Below, piece by piece: positions 11,001-18,882 of a stretch of DNA of 64,000 bases (its first letter is position 1; every line of letters begins with the position of its first letter). This DNA comes from Anaerovoracaceae bacterium. GTDB lineage: Bacteria > Bacillota > Clostridia > Peptostreptococcales > Anaerovoracaceae. The position numbers and the translations under genes were made by a program. The stretch covers positions 11,669 to 75,668 of the forward strand of contig JAZUII010000013.1 in assembly GCA_045642105.1 (NCBI GenBank), in the 5' to 3' direction. A model generated the notes under the pieces. That model was not told the DNA's origin. It worked only from the letters and a program-made list of their open reading frames with translations, and made no database searches.

Positions 11001-12136
11001 GGTGCATATCCCTCATTGCTGTATACTTCAATCTTGTTATCTTTAGCTGAATTCTTTATTGTGTCAACTCCGCCTCCAAGATAACCGATCAGACCGACGT
11101 TCCATGTATATCCATAGCCTTTTGAGCTGAATCTGTTGCAGTTAACTGTAATAGTATGACCATGTCCGTCAAAAATACCCTGGAATCTTGTATCGATAAC
11201 TTTAACCTCATCGCCCTTCAGATTCTGATCATTCTTGACAATCATCGCATACTTTCCGCCAATAGGAATGTAGTTCTTTTCGGTGCCCATATCAATATCC
11301 GCAGTAATATTGATAGTACGATATCTCATATCGTTGTACAGGTCATCTTCTCCCAGTATTCCTGTTTCTCTAGCCTTTGGCTGTCTGTATGCTATATCAT
11401 CAACTCCGCCGCCCTGCTGCTCTAACAGCTGAACATGCCATGGCTCAGTCTGGATGTATTTATCTATATCCTCTCGTCTTAGGGCCTTTATCTGATCTTC
11501 AGTTGTTTCATTCGGATCGATCATTCCGTTTACTATGACAGCTACACCTGCAAGCTGTGCCGGAGTAGAAATATCATACGAGCTTTTCTCAGGATCATAC
11601 CAGCTGATATCTACTGCACCATCCCATACTTTTGTGTCAAAAAATGTTGCGTCAATTGTCAGCTCGCTGCTGTCAAGTTCAGTTATATCATAAGAAAAGG
11701 TATATCCTTCTGCAGGATTGCTACCCTCTTTGTATTCGAAATCAATGTATTTTTCGCTGTTGTCACCGTATAGAATTCGGATTGAAGCAAGATCATATCC
11801 TGCATCAGGCATTGCAACGCCTGAAACAATACCATCTTCACACTTGACTTCAACTGTTCCGTTCTGGAGCTCGTTAACTGAGACTGATTCATCATCATTT
11901 GATGCAGCCTCTTCCTCATCCGGTAACACTGTCCCTGATTCTTCATTAACGCTGTCATTCTCATCCTGGTTTGGAGAATCTTCATCAAGCGCTTCTGCCT
12001 TATCAAGAAACTCTGAACTAAGCTGTGTTTCTTCGTCTTCTGCATACGCAGCATTTACCTCAAATGGTGCATATGCTACGAGCATTGCTACCGAAAGAAC
12101 AATGCCCAGAATTTTCTTTTGCATTCTCATGTTCAT
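8060..12136 (-). CDS. giant secreted GLUG-motif repeat protein with C-terminal FN3-like module
   Basis: Signal peptide MNMRMQKKILGIVLSVAMLVAYAPFEVNA. Two tandem modules, each opening with D(I/T)SWY...LAG(V/M)A and followed by many NC.N.G.V...GGIVG repeats. C-terminal ...GYQIQYSL...KKYYVRIRTY...YYSKWT. Start chosen at 12136 (the ORF opens at 12259). Confidence 0.8.
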   Translation of the reverse strand: MNMRMQKKILGIVLSVAMLVAYAPFEVNAAYAEDEETQLSSEFLDKAEALDEDSPNQDENDSVNEESGTVLPDEEEAASNDDESVSVNELQNGTVEVKCEDGIVSGVAMPDAGYDLASIRILYGDNSEKYIDFEYKEGSNPAEGYTFSYDITELDSSELTIDATFFDTKVWDGAVDISWYDPEKSSYDISTPAQLAGVAVIVNGMIDPNETTEDQIKALRREDIDKYIQTEPWHVQLLEQQGGGVDDIAYRQPKARETGILGEDDLYNDMRYRTINITADIDMGTEKNYIPIGGKYAMIVKNDQNLKGDEVKVIDTRFQGIFDGHGHTITVNCNRFSSKGYGYTWNVGLIGYLGGGVDTIKNSAKDNKIEVYSNEGYAPAVRNLVLRGSIKGRRGTGGIVGRIGQTSGTVIVENCANYATVRGTDKVGCAGIVGAPWGKSIIRNCYNAGTVRCVESEIGGIVGSNGYGWGSNNVGANIYNCFNVGDVQNASIIKAGPGTPENDTDITYAGGEISYDGDAAAEYEIDNCYYIDPFTSSVRAQGVYLGNNSYAYVGNVEAVSAEEMNSRVLTQLNKNGNIFVKGSEHPLLYFEKEKKATSCTVSIASAENGTVSADGHSSAFTVPYGTTINLSNTGNSGYRLANYLANGEAVNNDFYTVTEDVTISGAFVERGTAILSIAKSSDYTIEVKRIQSSIDGLGKGETLSDGDTIYADDVLELSGKLKEGAAPPDVNYEYTGRFGKASAVDPDSAEAVPASQKQLKVTGNADVLVRLEPKTQLKDWATYADTSWYYGHESDTVYTLTNARELAGMAKILCDGVDEGGSDFAGKTIKLGNDIDLINPDENGGRRLWRTVGNNRDTFKGVFNGCGYTISNIYVSHAVPIVGNITGNHGGIFGFTDGATIKNLTIEGRFWATAGDTGVFAGKAKNTIIENCCNKVVLENCKETGAIVGDACGTTVIKNCDNKGTITGTHSLGGIVSKVSKLDTTLGESNDVRIENCYNYGNVDGTFCNNAGLVALCESKATVINCANYGDISSTMTSESKDPLCAVGGLSAVVTGALTIDSCVNAGSVTAEGYTIYAGGLVGYTTVNTPKLYNSYNAGEIISNSRYSEPYVSGLFNASSNRYPEVKNCYNRGNVNVGPRFSGNGYGGIAAVGTGTKISNSFCTRESVAAVGETAGIAGTVVDEDKLKTLTTTLGDAYNNDTDNINGGCPILLWQDPENKGHVHVYVLTKTVSAGNCKDGYKLYTCRCGLTKKTVLKGYSTSYVKGYKLVAGRKCFTAKWTKQSTSTQKKFSGYQIQYSLKSSYASAKTVSVKKSASYKKISKLSGGKKYYVRIRTYTKKNGKTYYSKWTSKTITTKR

Positions 12137-12158
12137 CTTTTTACCATCTAGTAAATCT

Positions 12159-12189
12159 CCGATGGATGCCGATTGACGGCATCCATCGG
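12159..12189 (-). terminator. 13-bp hairpin between surface-protein genes (attenuator or partial terminator)
   Basis: ccgatggatgccg-attga-cggcatccatcgg. No clear U-tract on the minus strand. Confidence 0.35.
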
Positions 12190-12215
12190 TCTGGGAATAA
12201 CTCGGACTTATACTA

Positions 12216-13502
12216 TTACTTCTTAATTGTAATAGTCTTGATTGCGCTGTATGCGCCATATACCTTCTTGCCGTTTACTGTTCTGTATGCTTTAACCTTA
12301 AAGCTGTACTTCTTTCCCTTTGTAAGGCTCTTTACACTGTATGCTGACTTTGTTGTAGCAGGCTTAACTGACCATGACTTTGCACCGCTCTTCTTGTATG
12401 CAACAACATATCCGCTTGCCTTGCTGACTTTTGTCCATGAAAGGCTTGCTGTTCTCGTGTACTTGTTCGAAGCCTTTAATCCGCTCACTCTTGCAGGTGT
12501 GAATGCTACTTTGTTAACTGTTACATCAACAGTCTCCTCAAGATCTCCGCAAGCTGCCTTAACTACGCAAGTTCCGATTCCGGTAGGTGTAACCTTACCA
12601 TTAGCATCAACTTTTGCAATCTTCTCATTATCGCTTGACCATACAACAGGCTCTGTGTATGCAGCACCTGCAGGATCAAATGATACGTTTACCTTCTGTG
12701 CTGCATCCTTGTTGAATGTAAGCTGGCTCTGATCGAGAGTCATTGACTCAGCCACAGGTGTAACTATGTTGATTCTTACAAAGTTGTTAATTGAGTATCT
12801 CGCATTACAGTCGATTGCAGACTTTGATCCTTTTGGATCATCAATCTGAGTAGGTGCTGCAGGATCCAGTCCTTCATAAGCATCTCCGCTGTTTCCAATT
12901 GCAAGAGATGTCTTTGTTGCTGACCAGAAACCCTCGTCGTCAATGCTGTCAAGAGCATCACAGGCAGCATCATATGTTAAATATGTGCTTGCTGATACAC
13001 GTGTGCACAGAATAGGTGTTACCTCTGCATATCTCTTTGATGATACCTTAATAAACTTTCTTCCATCTACACTGTTTTCTGTATCCCATGCGCCCTTCAT
13101 AACTCTAGTGGAGTCAATAAGGTGATCAACCGCAAGCGGATTCTTTCCTGTCATGCTGGTTCCCTCACAGAGATAAATAGTTGATCCGCCAAGCTGTTCT
13201 TCAGTATAACCAAAGAGCTCAAATACCTTATTCAGATCAACACCCTGCTTGATCATGTACTTTACTACACCGTACTCTTTCTTTGTTGCCTGAGGGAAAA
13301 CCTGTGCCTCATCCATTTCATTCTCGTTGAGCCACTCGCGTGAAATGTAACCTTTTACTTCACCGTTAACGCAGAACTCGATGTTATCAACTGAAGCTTC
13401 AGCATCTTCGGCAAATGCAGCTACCGATGCAAATGGAATCATTGTGAATACCATTGCAAGAGCAAGCATAAGTGCGCCGGTTTTCTTTAATAACTTACTC
13501 AT
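12216..13502 (-). CDS. secreted protein: unknown N-domain, Big_2-like Ig domain, C-terminal FN3-like module
   Basis: GGAGG RBS. Signal peptide MSKLLKKTGALMLALAMVFTMIPFASVAAFA. Big_2-like VVWSSDNEKIAKVDANGKVTPTGIGTCVVKA. Tail SLSWTKV..GYVVAYKK...KKYSFKVKAY. No sortase signal or TM anchor. Confidence 0.75.
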   Translation of the reverse strand: MSKLLKKTGALMLALAMVFTMIPFASVAAFAEDAEASVDNIEFCVNGEVKGYISREWLNENEMDEAQVFPQATKKEYGVVKYMIKQGVDLNKVFELFGYTEEQLGGSTIYLCEGTSMTGKNPLAVDHLIDSTRVMKGAWDTENSVDGRKFIKVSSKRYAEVTPILCTRVSASTYLTYDAACDALDSIDDEGFWSATKTSLAIGNSGDAYEGLDPAAPTQIDDPKGSKSAIDCNARYSINNFVRINIVTPVAESMTLDQSQLTFNKDAAQKVNVSFDPAGAAYTEPVVWSSDNEKIAKVDANGKVTPTGIGTCVVKAACGDLEETVDVTVNKVAFTPARVSGLKASNKYTRTASLSWTKVSKASGYVVAYKKSGAKSWSVKPATTKSAYSVKSLTKGKKYSFKVKAYRTVNGKKVYGAYSAIKTITIKK

Positions 13503-13617
13503 TCCTGTTCCTCCTTTTAATTTAGATTTAATTATTATATATAGCACAACGCTTCACAGAAGTTCGTTTGCATCATGCAACATACCGGTATTTTGCGAGG
13601 TTCCTTCATTCCCCGCT

Positions 13618-13974
13618 TTAGTTGCCAATCTCCATCTTGGAGCCATTCGAGGCAATGACATAGTACTGATCGGTTTCAGGGTCATAATATACAGTACCCT
13701 GTTTCTCAAGCTTACTTGAATTGTCTTCCTTCTTCTGAAGATCGTCGTCTGTGAAACTTGAAACAGCCTTGTCCTTATCTACCTTCTCTGTTACCTGCCC
13801 ATTCTCTGAAACATTGAGATTCCAGCTGATAATCAGGGCAAGCATTATTCCTACGGCCAGAACAAGCATTGCATCAACAAGATTGGCAACAGTTGCCATA
13901 GGATTCACTTCTTCTCTTGCTCTGCCTCCAGAATGACCACCTCTAAGTCGTCCACTTCCATTACGCCTCAGCAT
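13618..13974 (-). CDS. DUF2149-like single-pass protein (ExbD/TolR-like topology)
   Basis: Basic N-terminus, then NPMATVANLVDAMLVLAVGIMLALIISW (a TM helix with an embedded Asp), then an extracytoplasmic tail of about 70 aa. ATG 13974 overlaps the ExbB-like stop by 14 nt. Confidence 0.6.
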   Translation of the reverse strand: MLRRNGSGRLRGGHSGGRAREEVNPMATVANLVDAMLVLAVGIMLALIISWNLNVSENGQVTEKVDKDKAVSSFTDDDLQKKEDNSSKLEKQGTVYYDPETDQYYVIASNGSKMEIGN

Positions 13975-14608
13975 GCTTCTTCTCAACCTCCAGTACACAT
14001 TCCATTAAAGTCTCAAGGACCGACATGTAATCGTCGTACCATCTTCCTCTGATGGTGGAAATAACCATTGCTGTAGCTGCGGCAATCAGGCCCAGAATTG
14101 TAGTATCAAACGCTGTCAAAAGCGATGATGAAAGTGTTACTGTATCGCCCTGTCCTAACGCAATGATTCCCGGGCCAAGCGGAATCAATGTACCGAGAAG
14201 ACCCAGCATAGGTCCGATTTTAGCTATAATATCGGAAATATTTAATCGTCTGTCATAGAAGCTCTGTTCTTCCTGAATAAGTCTGACCGCAAGGGATTCT
14301 CTCATCAGAGGTGTAAGCTCAGGATGACTTGTTAATTCCATTAATGCCGCCTTCTGTCTCTTCAGCAACTTGCTTTTTCTGATGCATTCTCTTAATTCAT
14401 CAGTATTCATTGTCTCATTAAGTGAATCTACCAGCTTAGGCAGCTTAGCCTTGAGGTGTCTGTGCTCTGTGAACTGCTCAATAAATATCCATCCAATCAT
14501 GAAAACTGATATTGCAATCAGAACCAGCAGCAGTATAACTACCGGTGTTTGCATTGCTCCCGCAATGCCTCTCATCGCTTTACTTAAAATATTCATACTT
14601 TCTTCCAT
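13961..14608 (-). CDS. MotA/TolQ/ExbB-family proton channel protein
   Basis: 215-aa protein with 3 TM segments. Signature-like region IGPMLGLLGTLIPLGPGIIALGQGD...LLTAFDTTILGLIAAATAMV. Confidence 0.75.
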   Translation of the reverse strand: MEESMNILSKAMRGIAGAMQTPVVILLLVLIAISVFMIGWIFIEQFTEHRHLKAKLPKLVDSLNETMNTDELRECIRKSKLLKRQKAALMELTSHPELTPLMRESLAVRLIQEEQSFYDRRLNISDIIAKIGPMLGLLGTLIPLGPGIIALGQGDTVTLSSSLLTAFDTTILGLIAAATAMVISTIRGRWYDDYMSVLETLMECVLEVEKKHAEA

Positions 14609-14611
14609 GTT

Positions 14612-15964
14612 TTAACCCCATCTCTGTTTTCTGTATCTCAGAAAACCAAAGATACCTCCTTCTACTACAATTATTCCATTTACCAAAGCCATTGTTCCTA
14701 TGAGTCTGTTTTCTTCCTCTTTAACCTGAAGCTGCTCCGCGTCATTTGACATTTCTTCCTGATAAGTGCTCATCGAAGCCTGCTCTGCCGGTGCCTGCTT
14801 TGCAAGGGCATTCTTCAGCTGATTACCAGCATCCTCTGAAAGAACATACATATAGGCAGTATCATCAGACTCCTTAACTGTATCACTGTCACTCTTAGTC
14901 TTTCCTTTTCCGTCAGAAGAACCGTTGCCACTGTCACTGCTGCCTTTTCCCGAGCCGTTTCCCTTTCCTTTTCCCGAGCCGTTTTCCTTTCCTTTTTCTT
15001 TGTCTTTTTCCTTGTCTTCTTTACCGACATGAACGGAAATATCTACAGTCGAGTCTCCTGATTTTGCGGTGATAACGGCATCTCCTTTAGCATGAAAAGT
15101 AATGTTGCCGTTCGCATCAACGCTTGCAATGGATTCATCACTGCTGGAGTAAGTAACATCATTCAGCACCTTTGATTCAAACGCGTCATCAGCAACCGAA
15201 GCAGTGATTTTCACTGAGTGCGTGGATCCTACTTTACCGCTGATATTAGTTTCTTCAGCTCCTATGCTTGGTGAACCCGAGAACATAACATATATTGTCT
15301 CAACCATTTTTGCTGACTGATAGGTTCGGTAATCTAGCGGATTTGACTGTCCGAAGCAGAGTCTGAATCGGTTTTGCGTGTTAAGTCCTGTAGAAGAAGG
15401 TTCTGCACCTTCTGTCTCTGCGGGATACCATACCCATTTATCCTCATAAGCAAGTACAACTCCTACTTTGCTGGCCTCATTCCACAGGTTTCTTTTTGCA
15501 TCTCCGTCTATATACTGACCGTCTCTTCCTATGTTTTCTGCCAGATTAGGAAAATAGTATCTGTCTGTCAGAATCAGTTCCTGCATGGTAAAAGTAGCAA
15601 AAGCACCATTTCCGCTATCGGTTGTATAAAATGCCAGACTTGATATAGACCCCTTGTCTATTCCTGCATTGTTAAGCAGACTGTCAAGTGTTGCTCCGCG
15701 TGCTGAGTCAATTGCAATCCTGTGGCCGCTTCCATCATAATAGGTATATGCAAGAAGTTCTCCGCTGGATAAGCTTTTAATATCGCTCGCACTGTATACC
15801 TTCTTCTCAATATATTCCGATGTCGGCCAGCCAAAATATCCGATTTTGAAAGTCAGCGTATCTGTTGCATTAGCATGCACTTCTGAATAACCCATACCGC
15901 CGACAAACAGGACCAGCAAGCCCGTTACTGATAGTATTTTTTTAAGCAAATTGCGTTTTTTCAT
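14612..15964 (-). CDS. surface protein: signal peptide, N-domain, Big_2-like domain, charged spacer, C-terminal TM anchor
   Basis: MKKRNLLKKILSVTGLLVLFVGG signal. Big_2-like VTYSSSDESIASVDANGNITFHAKGDAVITA. Low-complexity KEDKEKDKEKGKENGSGKGKGNGSGKGSSDSGNGSSDGKGK. C-terminal LIGTMALVNGIIVVEGGIFGFLRYRKQRWG. Confidence 0.75.
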   Translation of the reverse strand: MKKRNLLKKILSVTGLLVLFVGGMGYSEVHANATDTLTFKIGYFGWPTSEYIEKKVYSASDIKSLSSGELLAYTYYDGSGHRIAIDSARGATLDSLLNNAGIDKGSISSLAFYTTDSGNGAFATFTMQELILTDRYYFPNLAENIGRDGQYIDGDAKRNLWNEASKVGVVLAYEDKWVWYPAETEGAEPSSTGLNTQNRFRLCFGQSNPLDYRTYQSAKMVETIYVMFSGSPSIGAEETNISGKVGSTHSVKITASVADDAFESKVLNDVTYSSSDESIASVDANGNITFHAKGDAVITAKSGDSTVDISVHVGKEDKEKDKEKGKENGSGKGKGNGSGKGSSDSGNGSSDGKGKTKSDSDTVKESDDTAYMYVLSEDAGNQLKNALAKQAPAEQASMSTYQEEMSNDAEQLQVKEEENRLIGTMALVNGIIVVEGGIFGFLRYRKQRWG

Positions 15965-15974
15965 TATTTCACTT

Positions 15975-17063
15975 CTACCTCTTTATCGATCTGCTAAACA
16001 TGTGCTTCAGCTCCTTGTCGCTCAGATCGTAGTTGTAAAAGAGCTTATAGAATTCCTTTGCATCTTTATAAATATCATTCTTGAAAACTTCAGGATATGT
16101 GATTTTGCCCAGCCATCTGATTCCGAGAATCTGGTTTACTGATGGAGGAGATGACATCCAGCTGTACGGTTCACCCGGACACTCATAGTAGTGATTGTTC
16201 TTCACTGCTCTCAGCTCACTCCATTGAGAATTCTTCTTAACCTCTGCATACGGACTGTCTGGGCCGAAAACAATAATATCCGGATCAGCTTTATAGACAA
16301 TCTCAAATCCGACAGGATTACCTCCATCACTTTCATTGATTTCATCATCAAGTGTTATTGCATTCTTTGCACCGATTTTATCGATAACCGCAGCCTGCAC
16401 ACTTCCGTTAACATTCGAATTCAGACCTGTTGTTGATACTCCAAAATAGATGCTCTTCTTTTCTTTTTCTCCAATTTCTGCAGCTGCTTTATCTGCATAT
16501 TCAGACGTTTTTCTACAGTACTCTGACAGCTTTTCTGCTTTTTCTTCTCTTCCCAGAAGTTTTCCAAGCTTTATGTACATTTCGTCATAGTTATCTAAGG
16601 TCGCCTCAAGATAGACAGTAGCTATTCCCGTCTCTGACTGAATGCTGTCCATATCCTTTTTTCCGTCTTCTTTGCGCTCACCGATATCTATTATGATGTC
16701 AGGGCTGACCTTGATAAGATTCTCGATATTCAGACTTGTCTTTGTTCCGTAGAACTGGCCAAGTGTAGGCATATCTTCAAATTCCGCCGGATAGTATTTT
16801 TCCTGCGCTGTAGATGGTGATGAATTCAGTCCTACCAGCATGTCAGCAGCAAGTGTACACAGTACGATCTGTGTATTTGGTCCGGAACCTACTATTGTCT
16901 CAATATATTTCTTTACTTCAACTTCTCTACCATAGTCATCTGTAAAAATATATGTTTCGGTTCCCTCTGGATAGCTGAGTTTTGTGCCTCCGCAGGAGGA
17001 AAAAGCAAAGCATGTACCAAGGGTCAAAACTATTAATAATGCAACTGCACTTTTCTTCATCAC
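15975..17063 (-). CDS. ABC transporter substrate-binding lipoprotein (FecB/BtuF class, siderophore/haem/B12 type)
   Basis: Lipobox LGTCFAFSSCGG. The size and layout fit a class III periplasmic binding protein. Its start overlaps the ATPase stop. Confidence 0.75.
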   Translation of the reverse strand: MMKKSAVALLIVLTLGTCFAFSSCGGTKLSYPEGTETYIFTDDYGREVEVKKYIETIVGSGPNTQIVLCTLAADMLVGLNSSPSTAQEKYYPAEFEDMPTLGQFYGTKTSLNIENLIKVSPDIIIDIGERKEDGKKDMDSIQSETGIATVYLEATLDNYDEMYIKLGKLLGREEKAEKLSEYCRKTSEYADKAAAEIGEKEKKSIYFGVSTTGLNSNVNGSVQAAVIDKIGAKNAITLDDEINESDGGNPVGFEIVYKADPDIIVFGPDSPYAEVKKNSQWSELRAVKNNHYYECPGEPYSWMSSPPSVNQILGIRWLGKITYPEVFKNDIYKDAKEFYKLFYNYDLSDKELKHMFSRSIKR

Positions 17064-17860
17064 TATTCGTTCTTTCCTTTTAATGTATTTCCCAAATTTA
17101 CAGGTTCAAAGTATCTGACTCTGTCATCCTCTGTGGCTATCGTCTTAGCGTCGATACCATAAAGACGATGTATCAGATGTGAGTCCATTATCTCAGCAGG
17201 TTTTCCCTGCTTATACACTTGTCCATCCAGTATGCTGATTATTCTGTCAGCGAAATAATATGTTTGCTCCGGATTGTGAGTTGACTGGATGATGGAATAA
17301 CCTTCCAGAGCAAGATTTTTAAGTTGCTGCTGGACCTTCATCTGATTTCCATAATCAAGATTAGATGTCGGTTCATCCATAATCAGAGTACGTGCACCCT
17401 GTGCAAGGGCTCTGGATATCAGAACCATCTGCTGCTCACCTCCGGACAGCTTCATATAGTCCCTGTTAATCAGTTGAGCAATGCCCATTTTGTCAAGCGC
17501 TGCCTCTGCAAGATCTCTCTCTTTTTTTCCGGGACTGGAGAAGCCTTTTAAATGAGAGGTAGTACCCATCATAACCATATCCAGAACTGAATATGCAAAG
17601 GTTGGTTTGGCTGCCTGCGGTATGTATGCAACCAGTGAAGCCTTCTCCGATGCGCTTAAATCAAGCATATTTCTACCAGCTATCGTAATGGAACCCTGAT
17701 AGCCCTTCAGCAATCCCAGAATGCACTTGAACAGAGTGCTTTTTCCGGCGCCGTTTGCTCCCAGTATGCAAAGAAGTTCTCCCTCCCTTGCTTCCATATT
17801 TATTCCTTTTAGCACCTGATGACTGCCATACGCATATCTCAGGTCTTCTGTCTTTATCAT
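17063..17860 (-). CDS. ABC transporter ATP-binding protein (FecE/BtuD type)
   Basis: Walker A GANGAGKST, signature LSGGEQQ, Walker B LIMDEPTS. Confidence 0.9.
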   Translation of the reverse strand: MIKTEDLRYAYGSHQVLKGINMEAREGELLCILGANGAGKSTLFKCILGLLKGYQGSITIAGRNMLDLSASEKASLVAYIPQAAKPTFAYSVLDMVMMGTTSHLKGFSSPGKKERDLAEAALDKMGIAQLINRDYMKLSGGEQQMVLISRALAQGARTLIMDEPTSNLDYGNQMKVQQQLKNLALEGYSIIQSTHNPEQTYYFADRIISILDGQVYKQGKPAEIMDSHLIHRLYGIDAKTIATEDDRVRYFEPVNLGNTLKGKNE

Positions 17861-18867
17861 TATTCTCCACCTCCTCTTGTTATAAGGTAAATGAAGAACG
17901 GTGCTCCTATCACTGCGGTAAGAATTCCAATTGGAATCTCTGCGGTAAAAGCTGTCCTTGACACATCATCAACCAGCAGCAGGAAAAGCGATCCTGTCAG
18001 TATTGATGCAGGCAGCAAATACTTGAAGTTATTTCCGACTATTTTTCGACAAAAATGAGGAACAACCAGTCCGACCCAGCCTATCATTCCGCTTACTGAA
18101 ACTGCGGTTGCTGTTATAAGTGTTGCTGCAACAAGCGAAATAATTCTCACTCTGCCTACATTGACTCCCATTGTCGTCGCTTCCTGTTCACCGATTGTCA
18201 GAACATTTATTTTCCATCCCATCACAGCAATCGGAACAATACCTATTGCAATAACAATTGCTGCAAAGCTAAGGTCATTTTGAGACGCAGAAGATAATGA
18301 TCCAAGAAGCCAGTATGTGATGGCCGGCAGTTCATTAGTCTGGTCGGCAACAAGTTTTATGAAGTTTGTTCCTGCCTGCGCAATCGAGCTTATCATCAAG
18401 CCGGCAAGAACAAGCCCTACAGTCTTGTTGCCCCTGGTTCTGTTTCCGAAGAAATATACCAGCAGAATGGTAGCCATGCTGAAAACAAATGCCAGAAGTG
18501 TAATCATTCCGCCTGACAATCCAAGAATAATAGCCAGTGCCGCTCCAAATGCAGCGCCAGAAGATGCACCAAGAAAATCAGGTGCTGCCATCGGGTTCTC
18601 AAATACGCTCTGATATACCGCTCCTGCTGTTGACAAAGCTGCTCCGACAAAACAAGCCAGTATTATTCTCGGAAAACGTATTGACCAGAACACATGCTCC
18701 TGCTGAACTGTCCAGAAAGGCTGGATATCCGTCACCTGAGAGATAAGTATTCCGAACAGTTCTTTTGGATTAATAGAAAACTGTCCAAGGAACACCGAAA
18801 TGATTATCCCGGCAAACAGGGCTGCCACCATTATTAATATTGCTCGTGAGTGTTTCTTTTCTTTCAA
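17860..18867 (-). CDS. FecCD-family ABC permease
   Basis: 335-aa protein with about 9-10 TM segments and the FecCD/BtuC pattern (RFPRIILA, GxxGWVGLVVPH). Confidence 0.85.
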   Translation of the reverse strand: MKEKKHSRAILIMVAALFAGIIISVFLGQFSINPKELFGILISQVTDIQPFWTVQQEHVFWSIRFPRIILACFVGAALSTAGAVYQSVFENPMAAPDFLGASSGAAFGAALAIILGLSGGMITLLAFVFSMATILLVYFFGNRTRGNKTVGLVLAGLMISSIAQAGTNFIKLVADQTNELPAITYWLLGSLSSASQNDLSFAAIVIAIGIVPIAVMGWKINVLTIGEQEATTMGVNVGRVRIISLVAATLITATAVSVSGMIGWVGLVVPHFCRKIVGNNFKYLLPASILTGSLFLLLVDDVSRTAFTAEIPIGILTAVIGAPFFIYLITRGGGE

Positions 18868-18882
18868 TTCCGTTCTCTGTTT

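Noticed and set aside
13618-14608. MotA-like and partner pair considered as a Zorya-type anti-phage system or a flagellar stator
   Set aside because: ZorA is several-fold larger and comes with ZorC/D or ZorE. MotB has a peptidoglycan-binding OmpA domain. Here the pair is small, ExbB/ExbD-sized, and embedded in an ABC importer operon. No flagellar or defence genes are nearby.
14920-15010. Short tandem nucleotide repeats checked as a possible CRISPR or VNTR (also 30183-30390 and 36660-36830)
   Set aside because: All are in-frame, coding, low-complexity tracts (a GSGKGK spacer, His/Cys cassettes and an AKE tail). There is no repeat-spacer architecture and no cas genes in the window.
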